Assembly: GCA_964016885.1 (NCBI GenBank)
Contig: OZ024744.1
Location: 123,256,001 to 123,320,000 of the forward strand
Direction: 5' to 3'
DNA from: Eledone cirrhosa
Taxonomy: Eukaryota
DNA length: 64,000 bases
Both the position numbers and the translations under genes were made by a program. A model generated the notes under the pieces. It was not told the DNA's origin and ran no database searches. It saw only the letters and a program-made list of their open reading frames with translations. Below, piece after piece: positions 1 to 13,700 of the stretch. The stretch's first letter is position 1. The number at the start of each line of letters is the position of its first letter.

Positions 1-3000
1 GTTAACTATCAACATAACAGTTATAGGTTTACTAGTTACATATCAACATAACAGTTTTATTAGTTAAATCTCAACATAAGTTTTACTAGTTAACTCTCAA
101 GATAACAGTTTTACTAGTTAACTAGTAACATAACATTTTACTAGTTAACTATCAACATAACAGATATAGTTTTACTAATTAACTCTGAACATAACAGTTT
201 TACTAGTTAACTATCAACATAACAGTTATAGTTTTACTAGTTAACTCTCAACATAATAGTTTTACTAGTTAACTGGCAACATAACAGTTTTACTAGTTAA
301 ATCTCAACATAACAGTTTTGCTAGTTAACTCTCATGATAACAGTTTTGCTATTTAACTTTCAACATAACAGTTTTACTAGTTAACTCTCAACATAACAGT
401 TTTACTAGTTAATTCTCAGCATAACAGTTTTGCCAGTTAACTATCAACATAAAAGTTATAGTTTTACTAGTTAACTATACACATAACAGTTTTACTAGTT
501 AACTCACAATATAACAGTTTTGCTAGTTAACTATCAACATAACAGTTTTACGAGTTAAATATCAACATAATTAGTTTTACTAGTTAACTATCAACATAAC
601 AGATATAGTTTTACTAGCTAATTATCAACATAACAGTTATAGTTTTACTAGTTAACTATCAACATAGTATTTTTTTACTACCTAACTCTCAACATAACAG
701 TTTTATTAGTTAACTCTCAACATAAAAGTTTTACTATTTAACTCGCAACATAAGAGTTTTCCTAGTTAACTCGCAACAACAGTTTTACGACTTAACTCTC
801 AGCATAAAGTTTTACTAGTTAACTATCAACATAACAGTTTTACTAGTTAACTATCAACATAACAGCTATAGATTTACTAGTTAACTATCAACATAACAGT
901 TTTACTAGTTAACTCACAATATAACAGTTTTACTAGTTAACTCTCAGCATAAAGGTTTTACTAGTTAACTATCAACATAACAATTTTATAGTTAACTCTC
1001 AGCATAACAGTTTTGTTAGTTAACTATCACCATGAGAGTTTTACTAGTTAACTATCAACATAAAAGATATAGTTTTACTAGCTATCAACATAACAGTTAT
1101 AGTTTTACTAGTTAGCAATCAACATAGCAGTTTTACCAGTTAACTATCAACATAACGGTTATAGTTTTACTAGTTACATAGCAGAACAGTTTTATTAGTT
1201 AACTCTCAACATAACAGTTTTACTAGTTACCTCTCAAGATAACAGTTTTACTAGTTAACTCTCAGCATAACAGTTTTACTAGTTAACTATCAACATAACA
1301 GTTTTATTAGTTAACTCGTAACATAACATTTTACTAGTTAACTATCAACATAACAGATATAGAATTACTAGTTAACTCTGAACATAACAGTTTTACTAGT
1401 TAACTATCAACATAACAGTTAGTTTTACTAGTTAACTCTCAACATAATAGTTTTACTAGTTAACTCGCAACATAACAGTTTTACTAGTTAACTCTCAACA
1501 TAACAGTTTTACTAGTTAACTCTCAAAATAACAGTTTTGCTATTTAACTTTCAACATAACAGTTTTACTAGTTAACTATCAACATAACAGTTTTACTAGT
1601 TAACTATCAACATAACAGTTATGGTTTTACTAATTACATATCAACATAACAGTTTTACTAGTTAACTCACCACATAAAGGTTTTACTAGTTAACTATCAA
1701 CATAAAAGATAGTTTTACTAGCTAACTATCAACATAACAGTTATAGTTTTACTAGTTAGCAATCAACATAGCAGTTTTACTAGTTAACTATCAACATAAC
1801 AGTTATAGGTTTACTAGTTACATATCAACATAACAGTTTTATTAGTTAACTCTCAACATAAGTTTTACTAGTTAACTCTCAAGATAACAGTTTTACTAGT
1901 TAACTAGTAACATAACATTTACTAGTTAACTATCAACATAACAGATATAGTTTTACTAATTAACTCTGAACATAACAGTTTTACTAGTTAACTATCAACA
2001 TAACAGTTATAGTTTTACTAGTTAACTCTCAACATAATAGTTTTACTAGTTAACTGGCAACATAACAGTTTTACTAGTTAAATCTCAACATAACAGTTTT
2101 ACTAGTTAACTCTCATGATAACAGTTTTGCTATTTAACTTTCAACATAACAGTTTTACTAGTTAACTATCAACATAACAGTTTTACTAGTTAACTATCAG
2201 CATAACAGATATAGTTTTACTAGTTTAACTCTCAACATAAGAGTTTTACTAGTTAACTATCAACATAACAGTTATAGTTTTACTAGTTAACTCTCAACAT
2301 AATAGTTTTACTAGTTAACTCACAACATAAAAGTTATACTAGTTAACTCTCAAGATAATAATTTTACTAGTTAACTCACAACATAACACTTTTACTAGTT
2401 AACTCTCAGCATAACAGTTTTGCTATTTAACTATCAACATAACAGTTTTACTAGTTAACTCACAACATAACAGCTTTACTAGTTAACTCTCAACATAAAA
2501 GTTTTACTAGTTAATTCTCAGCATAAAGGTTTTACTAGTTAACTCTCAGCTAGTTAACTCTTTGTTAGTTAACTATCTTTACTAGTTAACTCTTTGTTAG
2601 TTAACTATCAACATGAGAGTTTTACTAGTTAACTATCAACATAAAAGATATAGTTTTACTAGCTATCAACATAACAGTTATAGTTTTACTAGTTATCAAT
2701 CAACATAGCAGTTTTACCAGTTAACTATCAACATAACGGTTATAGTTTTACTAGTTACATAGCAGAACAGTTTTATTAGTTAACTCTCAACATAACAATT
2801 TTACTAGTTACCTCTCAAGATAACTGTTTTACTAGTTAACTCTCAGCATAACAGTTTTACTAGTTAACTATCAACATAACAGTTTTACTAGTTAACTATC
2901 AACATAACAGTTAGTTTTACTAGTTAACTCTCAACATAATAGTTTTACTAGTTAACTCGCAACATAACAGTTTTACGAGTTAACTCTCAACATAATAGTT

Positions 3001-6000
3001 TTACTAGTTAACTCGCAACATAACAGTTTTACTAGTTAACTCTCAACATAACAGTTGTACTAGTTAACTCTCAAAATAACAGTTTTGCTATTTAACTTTC
3101 AACATAACAGTTTTACTAGTTAACTATCAACATAACAGTTTTACTAGATAACTATCAACATAACAGTTTTACTAGTTAACTCTCAGCATAACAGTTTTAC
3201 TAGTTAACTCGTAACATAACATTTTACTAGTTAACTATCAACATAACATATATAGCTTTACTAGTTAACTCTGCAAATAATAGTTTTACTAATTAACTAT
3301 CAACATAACAGTTATAGTTTTACTAGTTAACTCTCAACATAACAGTTTTGCTAGTTAACTATCAACATAACACTTTTACTAGTTAAGTACTAACATAACA
3401 GTTATAGTTTTACTAGTTAACTATCAACATAACAGTTTTACTAGTCAACTCTCAACATAACAGTTTTACTAGTTAACTCTCAGCATAAAAGTTTTACTAG
3501 TTAACTATCAACATAACAGTTTTAACAGATAACTATCAACATAACAGTTATAGTTATACAAGTTACCTAATACCATGAGAGTTTTACTAGTTAACTATCG
3601 ACATAACAGTTATAGATTTACTAGTTAACTATCAAGATAGTAGTTTTACTAGTTAACTCTCAACATAACAATTTTACTAGTTAACTCGCAACATAACAGT
3701 TTTACTAGTTAACTCGCAGCATAACACTTTTGCTAGTTAACTATCAACATAACAGTTATAGATTTACTAATTAACTCTCAACATAACAGTATACTAGTTA
3801 ACTCTCAGCATAACAGCTTTACTAGATAACTATCAACATAACAGTTTTACTATTTAACTATCAACATAACATATAGTTTTACTGGTTAACTCTCAACATA
3901 ACAGTTTTACTAGTTAACTCTCAACATAGAAATGTTACTAGTTAACTCGCAACATAACAGTTTTACTAGTTAACCCGCAACATAACAGTTTTGCTAGTTA
4001 ACTATCAACATAACAGTCATAGTTTTACTAATTAACTCTCAACATAACAGTTTTACTAGTTAACTCTCAGCATAACAGCTTTACTAGTTAATTATACACA
4101 TAACAGTTTTACTATTTAACTATCAACATAACAGATAGTTTTACTGGTTAACTCTCAACATAACAGTTTCAATAGTTAACTATCAACATAACAGTCATAA
4201 TTTTACTAGGTAACTATCAACAAAGTAGTTTTACTAGTTAACTCTCAACATAACAGTTTTACTAGTTAAGTCTCAGCATAACAGCTTTACTAGTTGATTA
4301 TCAACATAACAGTTTCACTAGTTAACTATCAACATAACAGTTTTACTAGTTAACTATCAACATAACAGTTATAGTTTTACTAGTTAACTATCAACATAAC
4401 AGTTATAGTTTTACTAGTTAACTATCAACATAACAGTTTTACTAGTTAACTCTGAACATAACAGTTTTATTAGTTAACTATCAACATAACAGTTATAGTT
4501 TTAATAGTTAACTCTCAACATAACAGTTTTACTAGTTAACTCGCAACGTAACAGTTTTACTGGTTAACTCTCAACATAACAGTTTTACTAGTTAACTATC
4601 AGCATAAAAGCTTTGATAGTTAACTATCAACATAAAAGTTTTAATAGTTAACTATCAACATAACAGTTATAGTATTACGAGTTAACTCTCAACATAGTAG
4701 TTTTACTAGTTAACTCTCTGCATAACAGCTTTACTAGCTAACTATCAACATAACAGTTTTACTATTTAACTATCAACATAACAGATAGTTTTACTGGTTA
4801 ACTCTCAACATAACTATTTGACTAGTTAACTATCAACATAAGTGTTATAGTTTTACTAGGTAACTATCAACATAGTAGTTTTACTAGTTAACTCTCAACA
4901 TAACAGTTTTACTAGTTAACTCGCAACGTAACAGTTTTACTAGTTAACTATCAACATAATTAGTTTTACTAGCTAACTATCAACATAACAGATATAGTTT
5001 TACTAGTTAACTATCAACATAGTATTTTTTACTACGTAACTCTCAACATAACAGTTTTACTAGTTAACTCTCAACATAAAAGTTTTACTATTTAACTAGC
5101 AACATAAGAGTTTTACTAGTTAACTCGCAACATAACAGTTTTACGTGTTAACTCTCAGCATAACAGTTATAGATGTACTAGTTAACTATCAACATAAAAG
5201 ATATAGTTTTACTAGCTATCAACATAAGTTATAGTTTTACTAGTTAGCAATCAACATAGCAGTTTTACTAGTTAACTATCAACATAACAGTTATGGTTTT
5301 ACTAATTACATATCAACATAACAGTTTTACTAGTTAACACACAAGATAACAGTTTTACTAGTTAACTCTCAGCATAACAGTTTTACTAGTTAACTCGTAA
5401 CATAACATTTTACGAGTTAACTATCAACATAACATATATAGTATTACTAGTTAACTCTGCAAATAATAGTTTTACTAGTTAACTATCAACATAACAGTTA
5501 TATTTTTACTAGTTAACTCTCAACATAACAGTTTTGCTAGTTAACTATCAACATAACACTTTTACTAGTTAAGTACTAACATAACAGTTATAGTTTTACT
5601 AGTTAACTATCAACATAACAGTTTTACTAGTCAATTCTCAACATAACAGTTTTACTAGTTAACTCTCAGCATAAAAGTTTTACTAGTTAACTATCAACAT
5701 AACAGTTTTAACAGATAACTATCAACATAACAGTTATAGTTATACAAGTTACCTAATACCATGAGAGTTTTACTAGTTAACTATCGACATAACAGTTATA
5801 GATTTACTAGTTAACTATCAAGATAGTAGTTTTACTAGTTAACTCTCAACATAACAATTTTACTAGTTAACTCGCAACATAACAGTTTTACTAGTTAACT
5901 CGCAGCATAACACTTTTGCTAGTTAACTATCAACATAACAGTTATAGATTTACTAATTAACTCTCAACATAACAGTATACTAGTTAACTCTCAGCATAAC

Positions 6001-7770
6001 AGCTTTACTAGATAACTATCAACATAACAGTTTTACTATTTAACTATCAACATAACAGATAGTTTTACTGGTTAACTCTCAACATAACAGTTTTACTAGT
6101 TAACTCTCAACATAGAAATGTTACTAGTTAACCCGCAACATAACAGTTTTGCTAGTTAACTATCAACATAACAGTCATAGTTTTACTAATTAACTCTCAA
6201 CATAACAGTTTTACTAGTTAACTCTCAGCATAACAGCTCTACTAGTTAATTATACACATAACAGTTTTACTATTTAACTATCAACATAACAGATAGTTTT
6301 ACTGGTTAACTCTCAACATAACTATTTGACTAGTTAACTATCAACATAAGTGTTATAGTTTTACTAGGTAACTATCAACATAGTAGTTTTACTAGTTAAC
6401 TCTCAACATAACAGTTTTACTAGTTAACTCGCAACGTAACAGTTTTACTAGTTAACTCTCAACATAACAGTTTTACTAGTTAACTCTCAGCATAAAACTT
6501 TTGCTAGTTAACTATCAATATAACAGTTTTACTAGTTAACTATAAACATAACATTTATAGTTTTACTAGTTAACTATCAACATAACAGTTATAGTTTTAC
6601 TAGTTAACTCTCAACATAAAAGTTATACTAGTTAACTCTCAATATTAGTTTTACTAGTTAACTCACAACATAACAATTTTAGAAGTTAACTCTCAGCGTA
6701 TCAATTTTGCTAGTTAACTATCAACATAATAGTTGTACTAGTTAACTATCAACATAACAGTTATAGTTTTAGTAGTTAATTATCAACATAACAGTTTTAC
6801 TAGTTAACTCACAATATAACAGTTTTACTAGTTAACTATCAGCATAACAGTTTTACTAGTTAACTATCAACATAACAATTTTACTAGTTAACTCTCAACA
6901 TAACAGTTTTACTAGTTACCTCTCAGCATAACAGTTTTGCTAGTTAACTATCAACATAACAGTTATAGATTTACTGGTTAACTATCAACATAACAGTTTT
7001 ACTAGTTAACTATCAACATAACAGTTATAGGTTTACTAGTTACATATCAACATAACAGTTTTACTAGTTAACTCTCAACATAACAGTTTTACTAGTTAAC
7101 TGTCAGCATAAAACTTTTGCTAGTTAACTATCAATATAACAGTTTTACTAGTTAATTATACACATAACATTTATAGTTTTACTAGTTAACTATCAACATA
7201 ACAGTTATAGTTTTACTAGTTAACTCTCAACATAAAAGTTATACTAGTTAACTCTCAATATTAGTTTTACTAGTTAACACACAACATAACAATTTTAGAA
7301 GTTAACTCTCAGCGTATCAATTTTGCTAGTTAACTATCAACATAATAGTTGTACTAGTTAACTATCAACATAACAGTTATAGTTTTACTAGTTAATTATC
7401 AACATAACAGTTTTACTAGTTAACCCACAATATAACAGTTTTACTAGTTAACTATCAGCATAACAGTTTTACTAGTTAACTATCAACATAACAATTTTAC
7501 TAGTTAACTCTCAACATAACAGTTTTACTAGTTACCTCTCAGCATAACAGTTTTGCTAGTTAAATATCAACATAACAGTTATAGATTTACTAGTTAACTA
7601 TCAACATAACAGTTTTACTAGTTAACTCACAATATAACAGTTTTACTAGTTAACTCACCACATAAAGGTTTTACTAGTTAACTATCAACATAAAAGATAG
7701 TTTTACTAGCTAACTATCAACATAACAGTTATAGTTTTACTAGTTAGCAATCAACATAGCAGTTTTACTA
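1..7770. repeat. Higher-order repeat unit, long type (7,770 bp; phase set arbitrarily at window start)
   Basis: Position 1 text recurs at 7771. Marker TACTACCTAAC (CC at 681 and 8451) and the half-monomer block (2538 and 10308) both give an offset of 7,770. Confidence 0.95.
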
Positions 7771-10700
7771 GTTAACTATCAACATAACAGTTATAGGTTT
7801 ACTAGTTACATATCAACATAACAGTTTTATTAGTTAAATCTCAACATAAGTTTTACTAGTTAACTCTCAAGATAACAGTTTTACTAGTTAACTAGTAACA
7901 TAACATTTTACTAGTTAACTATCAACATAACAGATATAGTTTTACTAATTAACTCTGAACATAACAGTTTTACTAGTTAACTATCAACATAACAGTTATA
8001 GTTTTACTAGTTAACTCTCAACATAATAGTTTTACTAGTTAACTGGCAACATAACAGTTTTACTAGTTAAATCTCAACATAACAGTTTTGCTAGTTAACT
8101 CTCATGATAACAGTTTTGCTATTTAACTTTCAACATAACAGTTTTACTAGTTAACTCTCAACATAACAGTTTTACTAGTTAATTCTCAGCATAACAGTTT
8201 TGCCAGTTAACTATCAACATAAAAGTTATAGTTTTACTAGTTAACTATACACATAACAGTTTTACTAGTTAACTCACAATATAACAGTTTTGCTAGTTAA
8301 CTATCAACATAACAGTTTTACGAGTTAAATATCAACATAATTAGTTTTACTAGTTAACTATCAACATAACAGATATAGTTTTACTAGCTAATTATCAACA
8401 TAACAGTTATAGTTTTACTAGTTAACTATCAACATAGTATTTTTTTACTACCTAACTCTCAACATAACAGTTTTATTAGTTAACTCTCAACATAAAAGTT
8501 TTACTATTTAACTCGCAACATAAGAGTTTTCCTAGTTAACTCGCAACAACAGTTTTACGACTTAACTCTCAGCATAAAGTTTTACTAGTTAACTATCAAC
8601 ATAACAGTTTTACTAGTTAACTATCAACATAACAGCTATAGATTTACTAGTTAACTATCAACATAACAGTTTTACTAGTTAACTCACAATATAACAGTTT
8701 TACTAGTTAACTCTCAGCATAAAGGTTTTACTAGTTAACTATCAACATAACAATTTTATAGTTAACTCTCAGCATAACAGTTTTGTTAGTTAACTATCAC
8801 CATGAGAGTTTTACTAGTTAACTATCAACATAAAAGATATAGTTTTACTAGCTATCAACATAACAGTTATAGTTTTACTAGTTAGCAATCAACATAGCAG
8901 TTTTACCAGTTAACTATCAACATAACGGTTATAGTTTTACTAGTTACATAGCAGAACAGTTTTATTAGTTAACTCTCAACATAACAGTTTTACTAGTTAC
9001 CTCTCAAGATAACAGTTTTACTAGTTAACTCTCAGCATAACAGTTTTACTAGTTAACTATCAACATAACAGTTTTATTAGTTAACTCGTAACATAACATT
9101 TTACTAGTTAACTATCAACATAACAGATATAGAATTACTAGTTAACTCTGAACATAACAGTTTTACTAGTTAACTATCAACATAACAGTTAGTTTTACTA
9201 GTTAACTCTCAACATAATAGTTTTACTAGTTAACTCGCAACATAACAGTTTTACTAGTTAACTCTCAACATAACAGTTTTACTAGTTAACTCTCAAAATA
9301 ACAGTTTTGCTATTTAACTTTCAACATAACAGTTTTACTAGTTAACTATCAACATAACAGTTTTACTAGTTAACTATCAACATAACAGTTATGGTTTTAC
9401 TAATTACATATCAACATAACAGTTTTACTAGTTAACTCACCACATAAAGGTTTTACTAGTTAACTATCAACATAAAAGATAGTTTTACTAGCTAACTATC
9501 AACATAACAGTTATAGTTTTACTAGTTAGCAATCAACATAGCAGTTTTACTAGTTAACTATCAACATAACAGTTATAGGTTTACTAGTTACATATCAACA
9601 TAACAGTTTTATTAGTTAACTCTCAACATAAGTTTTACTAGTTAACTCTCAAGATAACAGTTTTACTAGTTAACTAGTAACATAACATTTACTAGTTAAC
9701 TATCAACATAACAGATATAGTTTTACTAATTAACTCTGAACATAACAGTTTTACTAGTTAACTATCAACATAACAGTTATAGTTTTACTAGTTAACTCTC
9801 AACATAATAGTTTTACTAGTTAACTGGCAACATAACAGTTTTACTAGTTAAATCTCAACATAACAGTTTTACTAGTTAACTCTCATGATAACAGTTTTGC
9901 TATTTAACTTTCAACATAACAGTTTTACTAGTTAACTATCAACATAACAGTTTTACTAGTTAACTATCAGCATAACAGATATAGTTTTACTAGTTTAACT
10001 CTCAACATAAGAGTTTTACTAGTTAACTATCAACATAACAGTTATAGTTTTACTAGTTAACTCTCAACATAATAGTTTTACTAGTTAACTCACAACATAA
10101 AAGTTATACTAGTTAACTCTCAAGATAATAATTTTACTAGTTAACTCACAACATAACACTTTTACTAGTTAACTCTCAGCATAACAGTTTTGCTATTTAA
10201 CTATCAACATAACAGTTTTACTAGTTAACTCACAACATAACAGCTTTACTAGTTAACTCTCAACATAAAAGTTTTACTAGTTAATTCTCAGCATAAAGGT
10301 TTTACTAGTTAACTCTCAGCTAGTTAACTCTTTGTTAGTTAACTATCTTTACTAGTTAACTCTTTGTTAGTTAACTATCAACATGAGAGTTTTACTAGTT
10401 AACTATCAACATAAAAGATATAGTTTTACTAGCTATCAACATAACAGTTATAGTTTTACTAGTTATCAATCAACATAGCAGTTTTACCAGTTAACTATCA
10501 ACATAACGGTTATAGTTTTACTAGTTACATAGCAGAACAGTTTTATTAGTTAACTCTCAACATAACAATTTTACTAGTTACCTCTCAAGATAACTGTTTT
10601 ACTAGTTAACTCTCAGCATAACAGTTTTACTAGTTAACTATCAACATAACAGTTTTACTAGTTAACTATCAACATAACAGTTAGTTTTACTAGTTAACTC

Positions 10701-13700
10701 TCAACATAATAGTTTTACTAGTTAACTCGCAACATAACAGTTTTACGAGTTAACTCTCAACATAATAGTTTTACTAGTTAACTCGCAACATAACAGTTTT
10801 ACTAGTTAACTCTCAACATAACAGTTGTACTAGTTAACTCTCAAAATAACAGTTTTGCTATTTAACTTTCAACATAACAGTTTTACTAGTTAACTATCAA
10901 CATAACAGTTTTACTAGATAACTATCAACATAACAGTTTTACTAGTTAACTCTCAGCATAACAGTTTTACTAGTTAACTCGTAACATAACATTTTACTAG
11001 TTAACTATCAACATAACATATATAGCTTTACTAGTTAACTCTGCAAATAATAGTTTTACTAATTAACTATCAACATAACAGTTATAGTTTTACTAGTTAA
11101 CTCTCAACATAACAGTTTTGCTAGTTAACTATCAACATAACACTTTTACTAGTTAAGTACTAACATAACAGTTATAGTTTTACTAGTTAACTATCAACAT
11201 AACAGTTTTACTAGTCAACTCTCAACATAACAGTTTTACTAGTTAACTCTCAGCATAAAAGTTTTACTAGTTAACTATCAACATAACAGTTTTAACAGAT
11301 AACTATCAACATAACAGTTATAGTTATACAAGTTACCTAATACCATGAGAGTTTTACTAGTTAACTATCGACATAACAGTTATAGATTTACTAGTTAACT
11401 ATCAAGATAGTAGTTTTACTAGTTAACTCTCAACATAACAATTTTACTAGTTAACTCGCAACATAACAGTTTTACTAGTTAACTCGCAGCATAACACTTT
11501 TGCTAGTTAACTATCAACATAACAGTTATAGATTTACTAATTAACTCTCAACATAACAGTATACTAGTTAACTCTCAGCATAACAGCTTTACTAGATAAC
11601 TATCAACATAACAGTTTTACTATTTAACTATCAACATAACATATAGTTTTACTGGTTAACTCTCAACATAACAGTTTTACTAGTTAACTCTCAACATAGA
11701 AATGTTACTAGTTAACTCGCAACATAACAGTTTTACTAGTTAACCCGCAACATAACAGTTTTGCTAGTTAACTATCAACATAACAGTCATAGTTTTACTA
11801 ATTAACTCTCAACATAACAGTTTTACTAGTTAACTCTCAGCATAACAGCTTTACTAGTTAATTATACACATAACAGTTTTACTATTTAACTATCAACATA
11901 ACAGATAGTTTTACTGGTTAACTCTCAACATAACAGTTTCAATAGTTAACTATCAACATAACAGTCATAATTTTACTAGGTAACTATCAACAAAGTAGTT
12001 TTACTAGTTAACTCTCAACATAACAGTTTTACTAGTTAAGTCTCAGCATAACAGCTTTACTAGTTGATTATCAACATAACAGTTTCACTAGTTAACTATC
12101 AACATAACAGTTTTACTAGTTAACTATCAACATAACAGTTATAGTTTTACTAGTTAACTATCAACATAACAGTTTTACTAGTTAACTCTGAACATAACAG
12201 TTTTATTAGTTAACTATCAACATAACAGTTATAGTTTTAATAGTTAACTCTCAACATAACAGTTTTACTAGTTAACTCGCAACGTAACAGTTTTACTGGT
12301 TAACTCTCAACATAACAGTTTTACTAGTTAACTATCAGCATAAAAGCTTTGATAGTTAACTATCAACATAAAAGTTTTAATAGTTAACTATCAACATAAC
12401 AGTTATAGTATTACGAGTTAACTCTCAACATAGTAGTTTTACTAGTTAACTCTCTGCATAACAGCTTTACTAGCTAACTATCAACATAACAGTTTTACTA
12501 TTTAACTATCAACATAACAGATAGTTTTACTGGTTAACTCTCAACATAACTATTTGACTAGTTAACTATCAACATAAGTGTTATAGTTTTACTAGGTAAC
12601 TATCAACATAGTAGTTTTACTAGTTAACTCTCAACATAACAGTTTTACTAGTTAAGTCTCAGCATAACAGCTTTACTAGATAACTATCAACATAACAGTT
12701 TTACTATTTAACTATCAACATAACATATAGTTTTACTAGTTAACTATCAGCATAAAAGCTTTGATAGTTAACTATCAACATAAAAGTTTTAATAGTTAAC
12801 TATCAACATAACAGTTATAGTATTACGAGTTAACTCTCAACATAGTAGTTTTACTAGTTAACTCTCTGCATAACAGCTTTACTAGCTAACTATCAACATA
12901 ACAGTTTTACTATTTAACTATCAACATAACAGATAGTTTTACTGGTTAACTCTCAACATAACTATTTGACTAGTTAACTATCAACATAAGTGTTATAGTT
13001 TTACTAGATAACTATCAACATAGTAGTTTTACTAGTTAACTCTCAACATAACAGTTTTACTAGTTAACTCGCAACGTAACAGTTTTACTAGTTAACTATC
13101 AACATAATTAGTTTTACTAGCTAACTATCAACATAACAGATATAGTTTTACTAGTTAACTATCAACATAGTATTTTTTACTACGTAACACTCAACATAAC
13201 AGTTTTACTAGTTAACTCTCAACATAAAAGTTTTACTATTTAACTAGCAACATAAGAGTTTTACTAGTTAACTCGCAACATAACAGTTTTACGTGTTAAC
13301 TCTCAGCATAACAGATATAGATGTACTAGTTAACTATCAACATAAAAGATATAGTTTTACTAGCTATCAACATAAGTTATAGTTTTACTAGTTAGCAATC
13401 AACATAGCAGTTTTACTAGTTAACTATCAACATAACAGTTATGGTTTTACTAATTACATATCAACATAACAGTTTTACTAGTTAACACACAAGATAACAG
13501 TTTTACTAGTTAACTCTCAGCATAACAGTTTTACTAGTTAACTCGTAACATAACATTTTACTAGTTAACTATCAACATAACATATATAGTTTTACTAGTT
13601 AACTCTGCAAATAATAGTTTTACTAGTTAACTATCAACATAACAGTTATATTTTTACTAGTTAACTCTCAACATAACAGTTTTGCTAGTTAACTATCAAC

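Noticed and set aside
111-128. Resemblance to the E. coli trp operator core ACTAGTTAACTAGT
   Set aside because: It is a two-substitution derivative of the satellite junction, with no promoter, gene or bacterial context. Treated as coincidence.
221-230. MYB-type site (CAGTTA, i.e. TAACTG on the minus strand) in 34-bp monomers
   Set aside because: A 6-bp match in AT-rich repeat DNA is not evidence of function without binding data.
1-7770. Nucleosome-length period (4x28+34 = 146 bp) or an information-bearing code in monomer order
   Set aside because: The 34-mers are irregularly spaced by eye, and the variant order is explained by nested duplication. No ~146-bp period was evident.
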